Positions 11,935-20,675 of a stretch of 64,000 bases of DNA are shown here, in pieces. A model generated the notes under the pieces. The model was not told the DNA's origin. It searched no databases and saw only the letters and a list, made by a program, of their open reading frames with translations. The stretch is taken from positions 20,719 to 84,718 of the forward strand of contig CAZADM010000001.1 of NCBI GenBank assembly GCA_964483955.1, given 5' to 3'. Made by a program: the position numbers and the translations under genes. Every line of letters begins with the position of its first letter. Within the stretch, counting starts at the first letter, position 1. Source of the DNA: an uncultured Candidatus Saccharibacteria bacterium. GTDB lineage: Bacteria > Patescibacteriota > Saccharimonadia > Saccharimonadales > Saccharimonadaceae.

Positions 11935-13509
11935 ATGAGTACTCATAAACTCAAGTCAGTCGCACAGCGCGGTTCTATGCTAGTGGCGGCAGCAGCTCTT
12001 GTAGCAGCAACAATCGCCCCAGCAGCAGTATTCGCTGATGCACTCAATCCTCTAACCGAGCGTTCATTGCTACTTAGTAGCTCTGCGCCAGGTTTCCAGG
12101 ATACGGACGGTTCAGGTAATTCAACCGCTAGTCCAAACCCATCCGCAACGGGTGGTCTATCAACAGACCCTGGATACATTCCAGGTACCTATGCACCTGC
12201 GGGATCTGGTGCAAACGGTATGAAGACTGGTCAGTCATTTAGCTTCCGCGTCAGCACAAACAGTTCATCGTCAAATGCAGTGAAGGCATTTACGCTTCAG
12301 TACTGTACGGAAGCTGCCGGTCTCTGTAAGGCTCCAGGTAACAATACTGGAGATGCACGTGCATTCGATCGTGAAGCTAACGGTACCCAAGGTGATGCCC
12401 GTACTCCGGATCGTCTATCAAATGCAGCGTCTAAGGCTGACAGCAAGAGCGACCTTGATGTAAACTACACATCACCAGTTGCTGGTACAGACTTCCAGAT
12501 CTTTGTTGACGGTGTAGATCAGTCTACTGGCTGGACAATGACAACAAGTAACGTAGAAGATTTCGCTCACTCCGGTGCACTTACTGGTAAGAAAAACTTC
12601 ATTACACTTGCAAACGGAACTGGTATCAACCCTGCTGCAAATGCAAAGATTGAGATTAAGTTCTTTGCAACTGAAACTAACTACATCACTAATCCAGGCT
12701 CAGGTGCATTCTTTGTAAAGATGAATACATACAACAGTGAGCTTCCTGCAGACCACCTCCCAGCAACCGATGAGAATATCATCGACGGTGGTGTTACTGT
12801 TGCAAACGTGATGACTGATTCAATCCACATCACAACAAAGGTACTTGAAACAATGGCCTTCTCTGTGGGTACGCAGAACCCTGATACAGTTGTTAAGGGT
12901 AGTGCTAACGATCACGGTACATGTGAAAGCATCCTTACTCCTAACGGTAACCGACTCCAGCTTGGTAACCCTGACGCTGAATACTCACTTGAGACAGGCA
13001 AGGCTTATGATGTAAAGTCATGGTGGCGCCTCTCATCTAACTCATCTGGTGGTGCAACAGTCTACTACTCAGGTGAAACACTTGCAAACACAGTTGGTGA
13101 CGTTATTGCCCCAATTGGTGGTACACGTGCAACAAGTCAGCCAGGAACAGAGCAATTTGGTCTTGCGTTCATGGATCACGATGCTACTTCAACCTCATTT
13201 GAAGAGCAGCGTGCAGCAAACGCTACGCGTTATCGCAATCCAAATCTCTACGTCCTTAACGAAGGTGAACAATACAACTACGGTAACGGTACACTTGACA
13301 ATGGAAGTGGCGGTGCGGGTACAGCACAATTCGCATTCCTTCGCTCAAGCCTTACAAACCCTGTAGCTATTGCAGACAACCTTGGTGCAGAAAGTTCAGT
13401 TCTCACCTGCGAGACTGCTCAGATGCGCTACGTTGCGAACATCGGTGCAGATACACCAGCTGGTGTCTACACAACTAAGATTAACTACCTTGCTGCTCCA
13501 CAATACTAG
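11935..13509 (+). CDS. Secreted protein B of the surface locus (probable major structural subunit)
   Basis: Strong SD (GAAGGAGA) and signal peptide (..PAAVFA/DALNP). The mature N-terminus carries ERSLLLSSSAPG. It also has GTEQFGLAF, the C-terminus DTPAGVYTTKINYLAAPQY, biased codon choice (ggt/ctt/aac) and a strong terminator immediately downstream. Confidence 0.85.
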   Translation: MSTHKLKSVAQRGSMLVAAAALVAATIAPAAVFADALNPLTERSLLLSSSAPGFQDTDGSGNSTASPNPSATGGLSTDPGYIPGTYAPAGSGANGMKTGQSFSFRVSTNSSSSNAVKAFTLQYCTEAAGLCKAPGNNTGDARAFDREANGTQGDARTPDRLSNAASKADSKSDLDVNYTSPVAGTDFQIFVDGVDQSTGWTMTTSNVEDFAHSGALTGKKNFITLANGTGINPAANAKIEIKFFATETNYITNPGSGAFFVKMNTYNSELPADHLPATDENIIDGGVTVANVMTDSIHITTKVLETMAFSVGTQNPDTVVKGSANDHGTCESILTPNGNRLQLGNPDAEYSLETGKAYDVKSWWRLSSNSSGGATVYYSGETLANTVGDVIAPIGGTRATSQPGTEQFGLAFMDHDATSTSFEEQRAANATRYRNPNLYVLNEGEQYNYGNGTLDNGSGGAGTAQFAFLRSSLTNPVAIADNLGAESSVLTCETAQMRYVANIGADTPAGVYTTKINYLAAPQY

Positions 13510-13540
13510 ACCGACATATTATTTGTAGGTAATCTTGAAT

Positions 13541-13572
13541 ACAGCCGCGCATGTCGCGGCTGTATTATTTTC
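13541..13572 (+). terminator. Rho-independent terminator after gene B
   Basis: A perfect 9-bp stem, ACAGCCGCG / CGCGGCTGT, with a 5-nt loop, followed by ATTATTTT. Confidence 0.8.
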
Positions 13573-13627
13573 TCGCCTCAGTCTTGTTAGTGTCAGGATC
13601 GGTATTATCTAGTACAATAGGTATATA

Positions 13628-14707
13628 ATGAAGCACAGGGTATATAGAATTCATCCAGAGGTAAGCCACTGGCGGCATATTGGCCCAGAGGTGTTTATTG
13701 CTCTTGTGCTCTCTGTGCTAGTACTTATACCTTCAGTCGGAGCTGCATCTTTCCGTTTCCAGGAGCGAAGCCTCTATATGAACAGTACAGCTCCCTCTGA
13801 AGAGACGTACTACAAAGTCTCTTTTCGCTACATGAGCCCGCTCCCTGTTGGTTCGGTCGATATGTTGTTCTGTATTGACCCAATTCCACACCATGAATGC
13901 ATCGCACCTGCCGGTCTTGATGTTTCACGCGCGGAATTGTCGTCGCAAACAGGTGAGACTGGCTTTACTATATCCTCAAAAACTACCAACAGGATTGTCC
14001 TTTCGCGTACACCATCTTCAATTCCTGTCCAGAATGAATCTTCTTATGTGTTTGATAATATAGTTAATCCAACTGATACAACGCAATCATTTTCTATACG
14101 CCTGAAAAGTCACAGTACTAATAACGCCTCCGGCCCGCAAATAGATTTCGGATCAATAAAGGGCCAGGTTACAAACGGCATCAATATTGAAACACAGGTG
14201 CCACCGATGCTCATTTTCTGTCTTGCGGAAGAGGTATCAGACAACTGCACCGAAACTAACGAGACCTACTTTAGGGATCTGGGTGAACTTACGCCTTCTG
14301 ATACACTGTCTACACAGTCACAGATGGCTGTTGGGACAAACGCAACTGGTGGTTTTGCTGTAACCGTCTATGGAACGCCAATGAGTGCGGGTATTCATAC
14401 CATCCCATCCCCTTCAGAGCCAACAGAAAGTAAGCCCGGAAGTAATCAGTTTGGGATCAATCTTGTGGAAAATAGCATACCTCAAGTGGGGAGGAATCCA
14501 GAAGGTGTTTGGGCAAATGCAATTGTCGCCGACGACTATTCTGAAACCAATAAATTCAAGTACACGCCTGGTGATGTTGTTGCATATTCACCCAATGTCA
14601 GCTTGATGAAGAAATTTACCGTTAGTTATGTCGTCAATGCAAGTCCTAACCTTCGAGCTGGTGTATATAGCACAACACTCACGTATATAGCGAGCGGACG
14701 CTTTTAG
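13628..14707 (+). CDS. Secreted protein C of the surface locus (paralog of B and F)
   Basis: Signal peptide, mature N-terminal FQERSLYMNSTAP, a ..FC.....ECIAPAGL block, GSNQFGINLVENSIP, and the C-terminus NLRAGVYSTTLTYIASGRF. Confidence 0.8.
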   Translation: MKHRVYRIHPEVSHWRHIGPEVFIALVLSVLVLIPSVGAASFRFQERSLYMNSTAPSEETYYKVSFRYMSPLPVGSVDMLFCIDPIPHHECIAPAGLDVSRAELSSQTGETGFTISSKTTNRIVLSRTPSSIPVQNESSYVFDNIVNPTDTTQSFSIRLKSHSTNNASGPQIDFGSIKGQVTNGINIETQVPPMLIFCLAEEVSDNCTETNETYFRDLGELTPSDTLSTQSQMAVGTNATGGFAVTVYGTPMSAGIHTIPSPSEPTESKPGSNQFGINLVENSIPQVGRNPEGVWANAIVADDYSETNKFKYTPGDVVAYSPNVSLMKKFTVSYVVNASPNLRAGVYSTTLTYIASGRF

Positions 14708-14762
14708 TGGTACAATACAGCTTATACTTATAGTCAAAGTAACGTGAGGGAATAACGAATAC

Positions 14763-15818
14763 ATGAAACGCTTTGCAAGCATTATTACTGCATTTGCTGT
14801 CGCTGCAACAGTTGCCTTTATGCCGTCTGGTGATGCTGCTGCGCAGTCGTCGGCCGCATTAAGCATTACACCAAAGAAAAACTACACCATAGAGGCGGGA
14901 AAGAGTGTCAGGGACACACTCACAATCAGGAATCTTGATCGTGAACGTACGCTTGATCTTACGCTTAATGTTGTAGATTTTACATTTAAAGACGACGGGG
15001 GTACTCCGGAGTTGATGCTGGCAGAAGATGCACCACAAACGACATGGTCGCTAAAGCCTTTCATTAAAGTGCCTAAGACGGTGAAGATTAAGCCAATGGG
15101 AAGCGAAACACTCGATATGAGTGTCGCTATTCCGGCCAAGCAAGGTGCGGGCAGCTACTACAGTGCAATTGTTTACTCTTCTGGAACTCCAGAGGGCGGC
15201 AACGTTGGGCTCAGTGCATCTGGCGTGACGCTTGTATTTGCAAATGTCCCTGGAACGGTAAAAGAAAACCTTACGCTAGAAAAGTTTGGTTTATATAGGC
15301 CTGAAGCAGATGGTAAGCAGGCGAAGTACCTCAGGCTTGCAATTAATAATCCACAACGCGTTGCCTATACGCTTGCAAACGAGGGGAACGTTGCCGAGAG
15401 CCCGGTTGGTTCTATTACCCTTCGCCATATGTTTGGTCAAGAAGTTAACGTGACCGACATCAACCCGCAGGGTTCACTTGCACTTATTGGACAGACGCGA
15501 ACTTTTGTCGCCTGTCTTGCAACAAAAGATGCCAACCTCGAATTAAATGGTGAAGAACGATCAAACGCGAAGGTCTGTGACGACCAAGTGCTATGGCCAG
15601 GAATTTATACTGCAACAATAGATGCCTACTACGGGCAAAACGGTAATAATACTAAAGAAATTACTGGAACGACGTGGTTCATTTATGCACCGTGGTGGTC
15701 TCTCGTAATTCTTCTTCTTGTTATTGTCGGGGTTATCCTCCTATCGTTCAAAATTACCCGGGCGAGTAAGTCGAAGCGTCGCACAAATCGTTCAAGAAAA
15801 TCTGCACTTCGTCGGTAA
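14763..15818 (+). CDS. Ig-like surface protein with a C-terminal TM anchor and basic tail (DUF916/DUF3324-like; CscA/WxL-interacting-protein-like architecture)
   Basis: Signal peptide, then LSITPKKNYTIEAGKSVRDTLTIRNLDRERTLDLTLNVVDF..., AIPAKQGAGSYYSAIVY, a second beta domain, and WWSLVILLLVIVGVILLSF + KSKRRTNRSRK. Confidence 0.7.
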   Translation: MKRFASIITAFAVAATVAFMPSGDAAAQSSAALSITPKKNYTIEAGKSVRDTLTIRNLDRERTLDLTLNVVDFTFKDDGGTPELMLAEDAPQTTWSLKPFIKVPKTVKIKPMGSETLDMSVAIPAKQGAGSYYSAIVYSSGTPEGGNVGLSASGVTLVFANVPGTVKENLTLEKFGLYRPEADGKQAKYLRLAINNPQRVAYTLANEGNVAESPVGSITLRHMFGQEVNVTDINPQGSLALIGQTRTFVACLATKDANLELNGEERSNAKVCDDQVLWPGIYTATIDAYYGQNGNNTKEITGTTWFIYAPWWSLVILLLVIVGVILLSFKITRASKSKRRTNRSRKSALRR

Positions 15819-15842
15819 AGTAACTATAAGGTGGAGTGTGAA

Positions 15843-16763
15843 ATGCACAAAGCAAACAGCCCGATAGTCTTAATAAAGAAGGTGACCCTCGTTTTCGTAG
15901 GGTCGCTTCTGCTTACCGTCCTGCTGCTCTCAAATCATGCAAGTGCCTTGACACCACTTCCGACACCAGATCCTAAGCCAGGATCGTTTGGTGTTGAAGC
16001 GACTAAGATGAAAGATCCGCCCACTGTCAGTGCTTCAATCTCAGTTCCGGGCAATGGCGCTCAATTTTCCACCTCACCAACAACAGTAAGTGGCACCTGC
16101 CCCGAGGATCTTCTTGTCCAAATATTTAACAACAATGTAATGGTTGGTGCCGTTGTATGTGAGAACGGAAGCTTTTCGATACAAGTGAGCCTTTTTGCGG
16201 GGACTAACGAGCTTACGGCAATCGTGTACGATGAACTTGATCAGGCTGGCCCTGTCTCTGCCGTTGCTACCGTCACCTATACGGACACCCGCTTTAGTGC
16301 CTTCGGGCAGCTTATTACGCTCACAAGCTCATATGGAAGGCGTTCTGCTCCAACAGGGACGCAACTTGCATGGCCGCTTCAACTTTCAGGGGGCACTGGT
16401 CCGTACGCTTTCAGTATTGATTGGGGTGATGGGTCAAGTGCGGAGCTTAAGAGTCAATCTCTTGCAGGGCTAGTGAATCTTTCGCACACATATAAAAAAG
16501 CGGGCATCTATCCAGTAAACGTTAGGGTGACCGACGCTAACGAGGTGAGTGCGTTCCTCCAGGTTATAGCCGTCTCCTCTGGTATTGTCGAGCAGACCCC
16601 AGAGGAAAAGAAGGCAGCCGAGGAAAAGATTGCCGTCTTATGGATTCCTTCTGCTGTTGCCGTAGGGCTTCTTGTTCCAACATTTTGGCTTGGACGACAA
16701 AGTCAGGTTGTGTCAATTCGCAAAAAGATGCTCAAGGAGCGCGACACGTACGCACAAAAATAA
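15843..16763 (+). CDS. PKD-domain / bacterial-Ig-like surface protein with a C-terminal TM anchor
   Basis: FSIDWGDGSSAELKS..LSHTYKKAGIYPVNVRVTDANEVS fits the PKD consensus WDFGDGS..H.Y...G.Y.V.L.V.D. C-terminal TM is LWIPSAVAVGLLVPTFWL. AAGGTGGAG precedes the ATG at 15843; the ORF track starts at the GTG at 15831. Confidence 0.75.
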   Translation: MHKANSPIVLIKKVTLVFVGSLLLTVLLLSNHASALTPLPTPDPKPGSFGVEATKMKDPPTVSASISVPGNGAQFSTSPTTVSGTCPEDLLVQIFNNNVMVGAVVCENGSFSIQVSLFAGTNELTAIVYDELDQAGPVSAVATVTYTDTRFSAFGQLITLTSSYGRRSAPTGTQLAWPLQLSGGTGPYAFSIDWGDGSSAELKSQSLAGLVNLSHTYKKAGIYPVNVRVTDANEVSAFLQVIAVSSGIVEQTPEEKKAAEEKIAVLWIPSAVAVGLLVPTFWLGRQSQVVSIRKKMLKERDTYAQK

Positions 16764-16826
16764 CATCCCCTATAGTCGAGTTGCCGTACACAACCGTAAG
16801 GGGTATGTGATACACTGGAGTGAGGT

Positions 16827-17981
16827 ATGTGGAGACGTTTTTTGAGGGACCTATTGTTCACCATCCACACGAGGCGGTACTTGAGGCCTATCGGCCTTGT
16901 CGCTATGATGGGTGGTATCTTGTTGACGTTTTCTTCTTTTGCTGCCGCAGAGCAGCTACCAAGCCGATCGGTTCAGTTATCAAGTGCATCGGCTGCCGCA
17001 ACTGACGTTACGTATATCTTTGATTTCACTGTGAATTCAGCTGCAGGCGCATTTGTTGTTGATTTTTGCAGCAATTCTCCACTTGTGGGAAGTGCTTGCG
17101 TTGCTCCGGCTGGTATGACTGTCGCTGGTGTGACAGTTTCTCCTTCTGGGTATGTGAAAAATGCAATGGATAGTAATACGTTTGCTGTTGCTGCGACACT
17201 TGCGGCCGAGTCGACACATACGGTAACCGTAAGTGGTGTCACAAATCCGTCCGCCTCTGGTGTTGTGTATGCTCGTATCATTACTTATGACACACTTACC
17301 AACGCCCAGCTCTACACCCCAGAGGACTTAGGGGCAGGAACTGTCGACGGAGGCACTATAGCGTTTTCGATTACAGACACGGTGGGTGTGAGTGGCTCTG
17401 TTCTGGAGAGTGTTACGTTTTGCGTATCGGGTACGGTAATTGGTGAAAACTGTACTAATGTCGCACAGCCAGTCTTGAAACTAGGTGAACAGACCGGTGA
17501 TGTCCTTGCTTTAACCCCTTCAGCAGTGAGTGAGGGTGTTATCTATGCACAGGTCTCAACCAATGCTGCTAATGGTGTGACAGTTAACCTGAAAAGCAGT
17601 GCAATGCAATGTGGCGGGCTTTTGCGTGCTGGTGGCGGGGTAGCGTGCGATATCGGCCCAGCACTTGATGATGGCATATCTGCGGGGCAGGCCCTGTTTG
17701 GTGTAAAGGTAGAGCCAATTACAGACACCGCACCACAGGCATCGGGTGTCTTTAAGGCGGCAACCGGCTCTATATATGGGCCGCTTCGTTTTTCTCTTAA
17801 CTTTGTTTCTGGGGATGCGAGTGGCATAACGAGTACGTTTGGCGACCCCTTCCTTGATACTGACGATGCACCTGCAAATAACAAAAATGTCGCTTTGAGA
17901 TTTGGTGCAAGTGTGAGTAACGATACACCAGCGGGTCTCTACTCTACCGATTTGAGCCTTATAGCTGCTGGGAAGTTTTAG
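16827..17981 (+). CDS. Secreted protein F of the surface locus (paralog of B and C)
   Basis: Signal peptide (..FSSFAAA/EQ), mature N-terminal SRSVQLSSASAA, VVDFCSNSPLVGSACVAPAGM, GQALFGVKVEP, and the C-terminus NDTPAGLYSTDLSLIAAGKF. Confidence 0.8.
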   Translation: MWRRFLRDLLFTIHTRRYLRPIGLVAMMGGILLTFSSFAAAEQLPSRSVQLSSASAAATDVTYIFDFTVNSAAGAFVVDFCSNSPLVGSACVAPAGMTVAGVTVSPSGYVKNAMDSNTFAVAATLAAESTHTVTVSGVTNPSASGVVYARIITYDTLTNAQLYTPEDLGAGTVDGGTIAFSITDTVGVSGSVLESVTFCVSGTVIGENCTNVAQPVLKLGEQTGDVLALTPSAVSEGVIYAQVSTNAANGVTVNLKSSAMQCGGLLRAGGGVACDIGPALDDGISAGQALFGVKVEPITDTAPQASGVFKAATGSIYGPLRFSLNFVSGDASGITSTFGDPFLDTDDAPANNKNVALRFGASVSNDTPAGLYSTDLSLIAAGKF

Positions 17982-17985
17982 TGAC

Positions 17986-19026
17986 ATGGCAGGTCATCTG
18001 TTTCGTTACGCGATAGCGATTGGCCTCTCTGTAGTTCTTTCTGCTAGCTGTGTCTTTATCTTTGCTCAGGGCGTATCTGCACAGGAGAGTAAGACGGCAA
18101 ATGTCCTAAAGGTCTCTCCGGTACGTACTGACATTGAAGTGTCGCCTGGTGGAACGAAAGTTATACAGGCGACCGTTGCTAATCTTGCGGACGCTCCTAT
18201 AACCGTGCGTCCAGTTGCAAATGACTTTATTGCAGGTGACGAGCGCGGCACTCCCGCTTTGATTCTAGAAGAAGATGCATTCGCTCCGACCCATAGCTTG
18301 AAGCGTTTCATGTCCCCGCTCTCTACGGTGACAATACCTGCACGCAGTGCAAAGACCATCCAGGTTGTGATTACCGTCCCGCCAACGGCACAGGCCGGAG
18401 GTTATTTTGGGTCTGTACGGTTTATGCCGAGCGACCCGGACGAGGGAGGGCAGGTGAATATGAGTCCAAGTGTGGCTTCGTTGATACTACTGAAGGTACC
18501 TGGTGCTATGGTTGAAGAATTACGCGTTGCGTCTTTCTCTGTGCAGCAAGGTGATTCGAGTGGGTTTTATTTTAGGTCACCAGACAATATCTCGGCATTA
18601 GTTCGTTTTGAGAATAAGGGGAATGTACAGATTGCACCACTGGGTAAGATTCAAGTGCAAAAGCGTGATGCTGTTGTGTTTGAATCTGATTTCAATACAG
18701 TAAATCCGTACGATATGATTCTTCCTAATAGTACGCGCCGCTGGGACGTACCTATAAAAGAGCTTGATGCTTTTGGATATTACACACTTACTGCAACGCT
18801 GACATATGGCTCTAAAAACAAAACACTAGAGTTGTCTCATTCATTCTGGATTGTGCCACTTTGGGCACTTCTTGTTGCGATACTACTGGTGGTGATTGTT
18901 GTAGGCGGTGTTGTTGCCCTGATCATCTTCGGTATAAGAAAGTTGCGACGCCCCGCTTCGCATAGCCCACGACAAGGAATACAGCTACGGAAGCACCGAA
19001 AGCGTCGTCGCAGATTTGGTCGCTAG
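17986..19026 (+). CDS. Second Ig-like surface protein with a C-terminal TM anchor and poly-basic tail (paralog of 14763-15818)
   Basis: LKVSPVRTDIEVSPGGTKVIQATVANLADAPITVRPVANDF..., VPPTAQAGGYFGSVRF, MILPNSTRRWDVPI...GYYTLTATLTYG, and the TM WALLVAILLVVIVVGGVVALIIF + RKHRKRRRR. Confidence 0.7.
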   Translation: MAGHLFRYAIAIGLSVVLSASCVFIFAQGVSAQESKTANVLKVSPVRTDIEVSPGGTKVIQATVANLADAPITVRPVANDFIAGDERGTPALILEEDAFAPTHSLKRFMSPLSTVTIPARSAKTIQVVITVPPTAQAGGYFGSVRFMPSDPDEGGQVNMSPSVASLILLKVPGAMVEELRVASFSVQQGDSSGFYFRSPDNISALVRFENKGNVQIAPLGKIQVQKRDAVVFESDFNTVNPYDMILPNSTRRWDVPIKELDAFGYYTLTATLTYGSKNKTLELSHSFWIVPLWALLVAILLVVIVVGGVVALIIFGIRKLRRPASHSPRQGIQLRKHRKRRRRFGR

Positions 19027-19087
19027 TGGTATCTCTCTATGATTGGCGACAGATGACGCGGGCTCCTCGTTAGGGTACACTAGAGTA

Positions 19088-20284
19088 ATGCAGACATTTT
19101 CTTTTACTATTACACACGCCCCTGGGGACTCGCGGTTTATGCGTACAGGTATCATTTCAACACCGCACGGCGATATCCATACACCGGCATTTATTCCAGT
19201 TGGTACGCAAGCGGCAATGAAGGCGCTGACAGTTGATATGATGGAATCGGTTGGGGCCCAGGCATTACTTTCAAATGCGTACCACCTTTATATCCAGCCG
19301 GGCCACGAGCTTATTCGTCAAGCCGGTGGCATACATTCTTTCATGAATTGGAAAAAGCCTATCTTTACAGATTCAGGTGGGTTTCAAGTACTTTCACTCG
19401 GGAGCGGCTATAAAAAGACAATCGAGATGTCCACTGGGACTGCAACTGAGAACACTAAGAAGAGTGCACGTCACGCCTTTGTAGATGAGGATGGGGTGAC
19501 GTTCAAGTCACACAGAAATGGCTCTTTGCATACATTTACGCCAGAAGTATCTATGAATATACAGAATGGTATTGGTGCCGATATCTGTTTCGCATTCGAT
19601 GAACTTACTTCACTTGTAGATCCTTATGACTATCAAGTGGAGGCATTAGAGCGAACGCGGCGGTGGGCAATCCGATCACTCGACGAGTTTAAACGGCTTC
19701 GCGAGACCACAGAGAATTACCAGGCACTGTTTGGTGTCATTCAGGGGGCGAATTTCGAGGATTTGCGCAAGAAGGCCGCAAAAGATCTTGGTGCTATGGA
19801 TTTTGATGGGTTTGGCATCGGTGGTGCTATTGAGAAGAGCCAACTTGGCGAGATTGTCCGTTGGGTGAATGAAGAGTTGCCGGCAGATAAGCCGAAACAT
19901 CTTTTGGGAATTAGCGAGCCAAGCGATATTTTTGCTGCAGTCGAGCAGGGTGTTGATACATTTGATTGTGTCGCACCTACGCGTGAAGCAAGAAATGGTG
20001 CTATCTACACGTCCAGCGGGCGATATAGCGTCACTACGGCGGCAAATCGGCATGAATTTACTCCGCTAGAGGAGGGGTGTGCTTGTTACGTATGCCAGAA
20101 CTATACGCGTGCATACATGCACCACCTCTTTAAAGCCAAGGAAATGCTTGCCTCGACACTTGCCTCGTATCACAATGAGTGGTTTATTATTCATCTTGTC
20201 GACAATATTCGCGAAGCCATTGCAAATGGAACGTACGATTCTTTTAAGTCTGATTTCTTTACTTCGTACTACAAGAATAAGTAG
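19088..20284 (+). CDS. tgt: tRNA-guanine transglycosylase (queuine tRNA-ribosyltransferase)
   Basis: TPHGDIHTPAFIPVGTQAAMK, FTDSGGFQV, GIGG, and the Zn motif CACYVC...H. The start is set at the Met at 19088 (MQTFSF..). Confidence 0.9.
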   Translation: MQTFSFTITHAPGDSRFMRTGIISTPHGDIHTPAFIPVGTQAAMKALTVDMMESVGAQALLSNAYHLYIQPGHELIRQAGGIHSFMNWKKPIFTDSGGFQVLSLGSGYKKTIEMSTGTATENTKKSARHAFVDEDGVTFKSHRNGSLHTFTPEVSMNIQNGIGADICFAFDELTSLVDPYDYQVEALERTRRWAIRSLDEFKRLRETTENYQALFGVIQGANFEDLRKKAAKDLGAMDFDGFGIGGAIEKSQLGEIVRWVNEELPADKPKHLLGISEPSDIFAAVEQGVDTFDCVAPTREARNGAIYTSSGRYSVTTAANRHEFTPLEEGCACYVCQNYTRAYMHHLFKAKEMLASTLASYHNEWFIIHLVDNIREAIANGTYDSFKSDFFTSYYKNK

Positions 20285-20423
20285 AAAAGTACCCATTAGC
20301 GGCACTTTTTCGCCAAAAACGACGCTTGTTGATAAAATTACTACACATTTCTTGTTTATGGTTATTGCAAGGGGTCAGACGCTTATGTATGATAGAGAAA
20401 AGGGCGTTTCAAAAGTGCCATTC

Positions 20424-20452
20424 TTGACTCATGCAATGTAAATTGCTACTAT
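20424..20452 (+). promoter_or_regulatory. Near-consensus sigma70-type promoter TTGACT-N17-(TGC)TACTAT in the tgt/dsbA intergenic region
   Basis: -35 TTGACT (20424-20429), a 17-nt spacer ending in TGC, and -10 TACTAT (20447-20452). Confidence 0.55.
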
Positions 20453-20534
20453 AGATGATGTGTCCCGTGCCAAAACTAATAATTAAAGGTCGGAGTGTTC
20501 GGGGCTGTACATAGTACAAGGAGTGAATAATCAC

Positions 20535-20627
20535 ATGCCAATAGCCGTCGAATTTGTGTCGTCACGACGCAAAAAGATAGCAGTGGATGTGGTGCCTGCC
20601 GAATGGCAAGTCTTTATTGCACATTAA
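20535..20627 (+). CDS. Candidate 30-aa small ORF (MPIAVEFVSSRRKKIAVDVVPAEWQVFIAH)
   Basis: AAGGAG lies 11 nt upstream of the ATG, between the strong promoter at 20424 and the terminator at about 20683. No homology is assessable by eye. Confidence 0.3.
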   Translation: MPIAVEFVSSRRKKIAVDVVPAEWQVFIAH

Positions 20628-20675
20628 ATCTCTTCTAAGGATTTAAAAAAGCCGTGCAATTATACACATGCAAAA

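Noticed and set aside
16820-17005. A 61-aa plus-strand ORF upstream of and overlapping gene F in another frame.
   Set aside because: It overlaps the signal-peptide region of gene F (16827 start, good SD). The frame of F is supported by paralogy with B and C.
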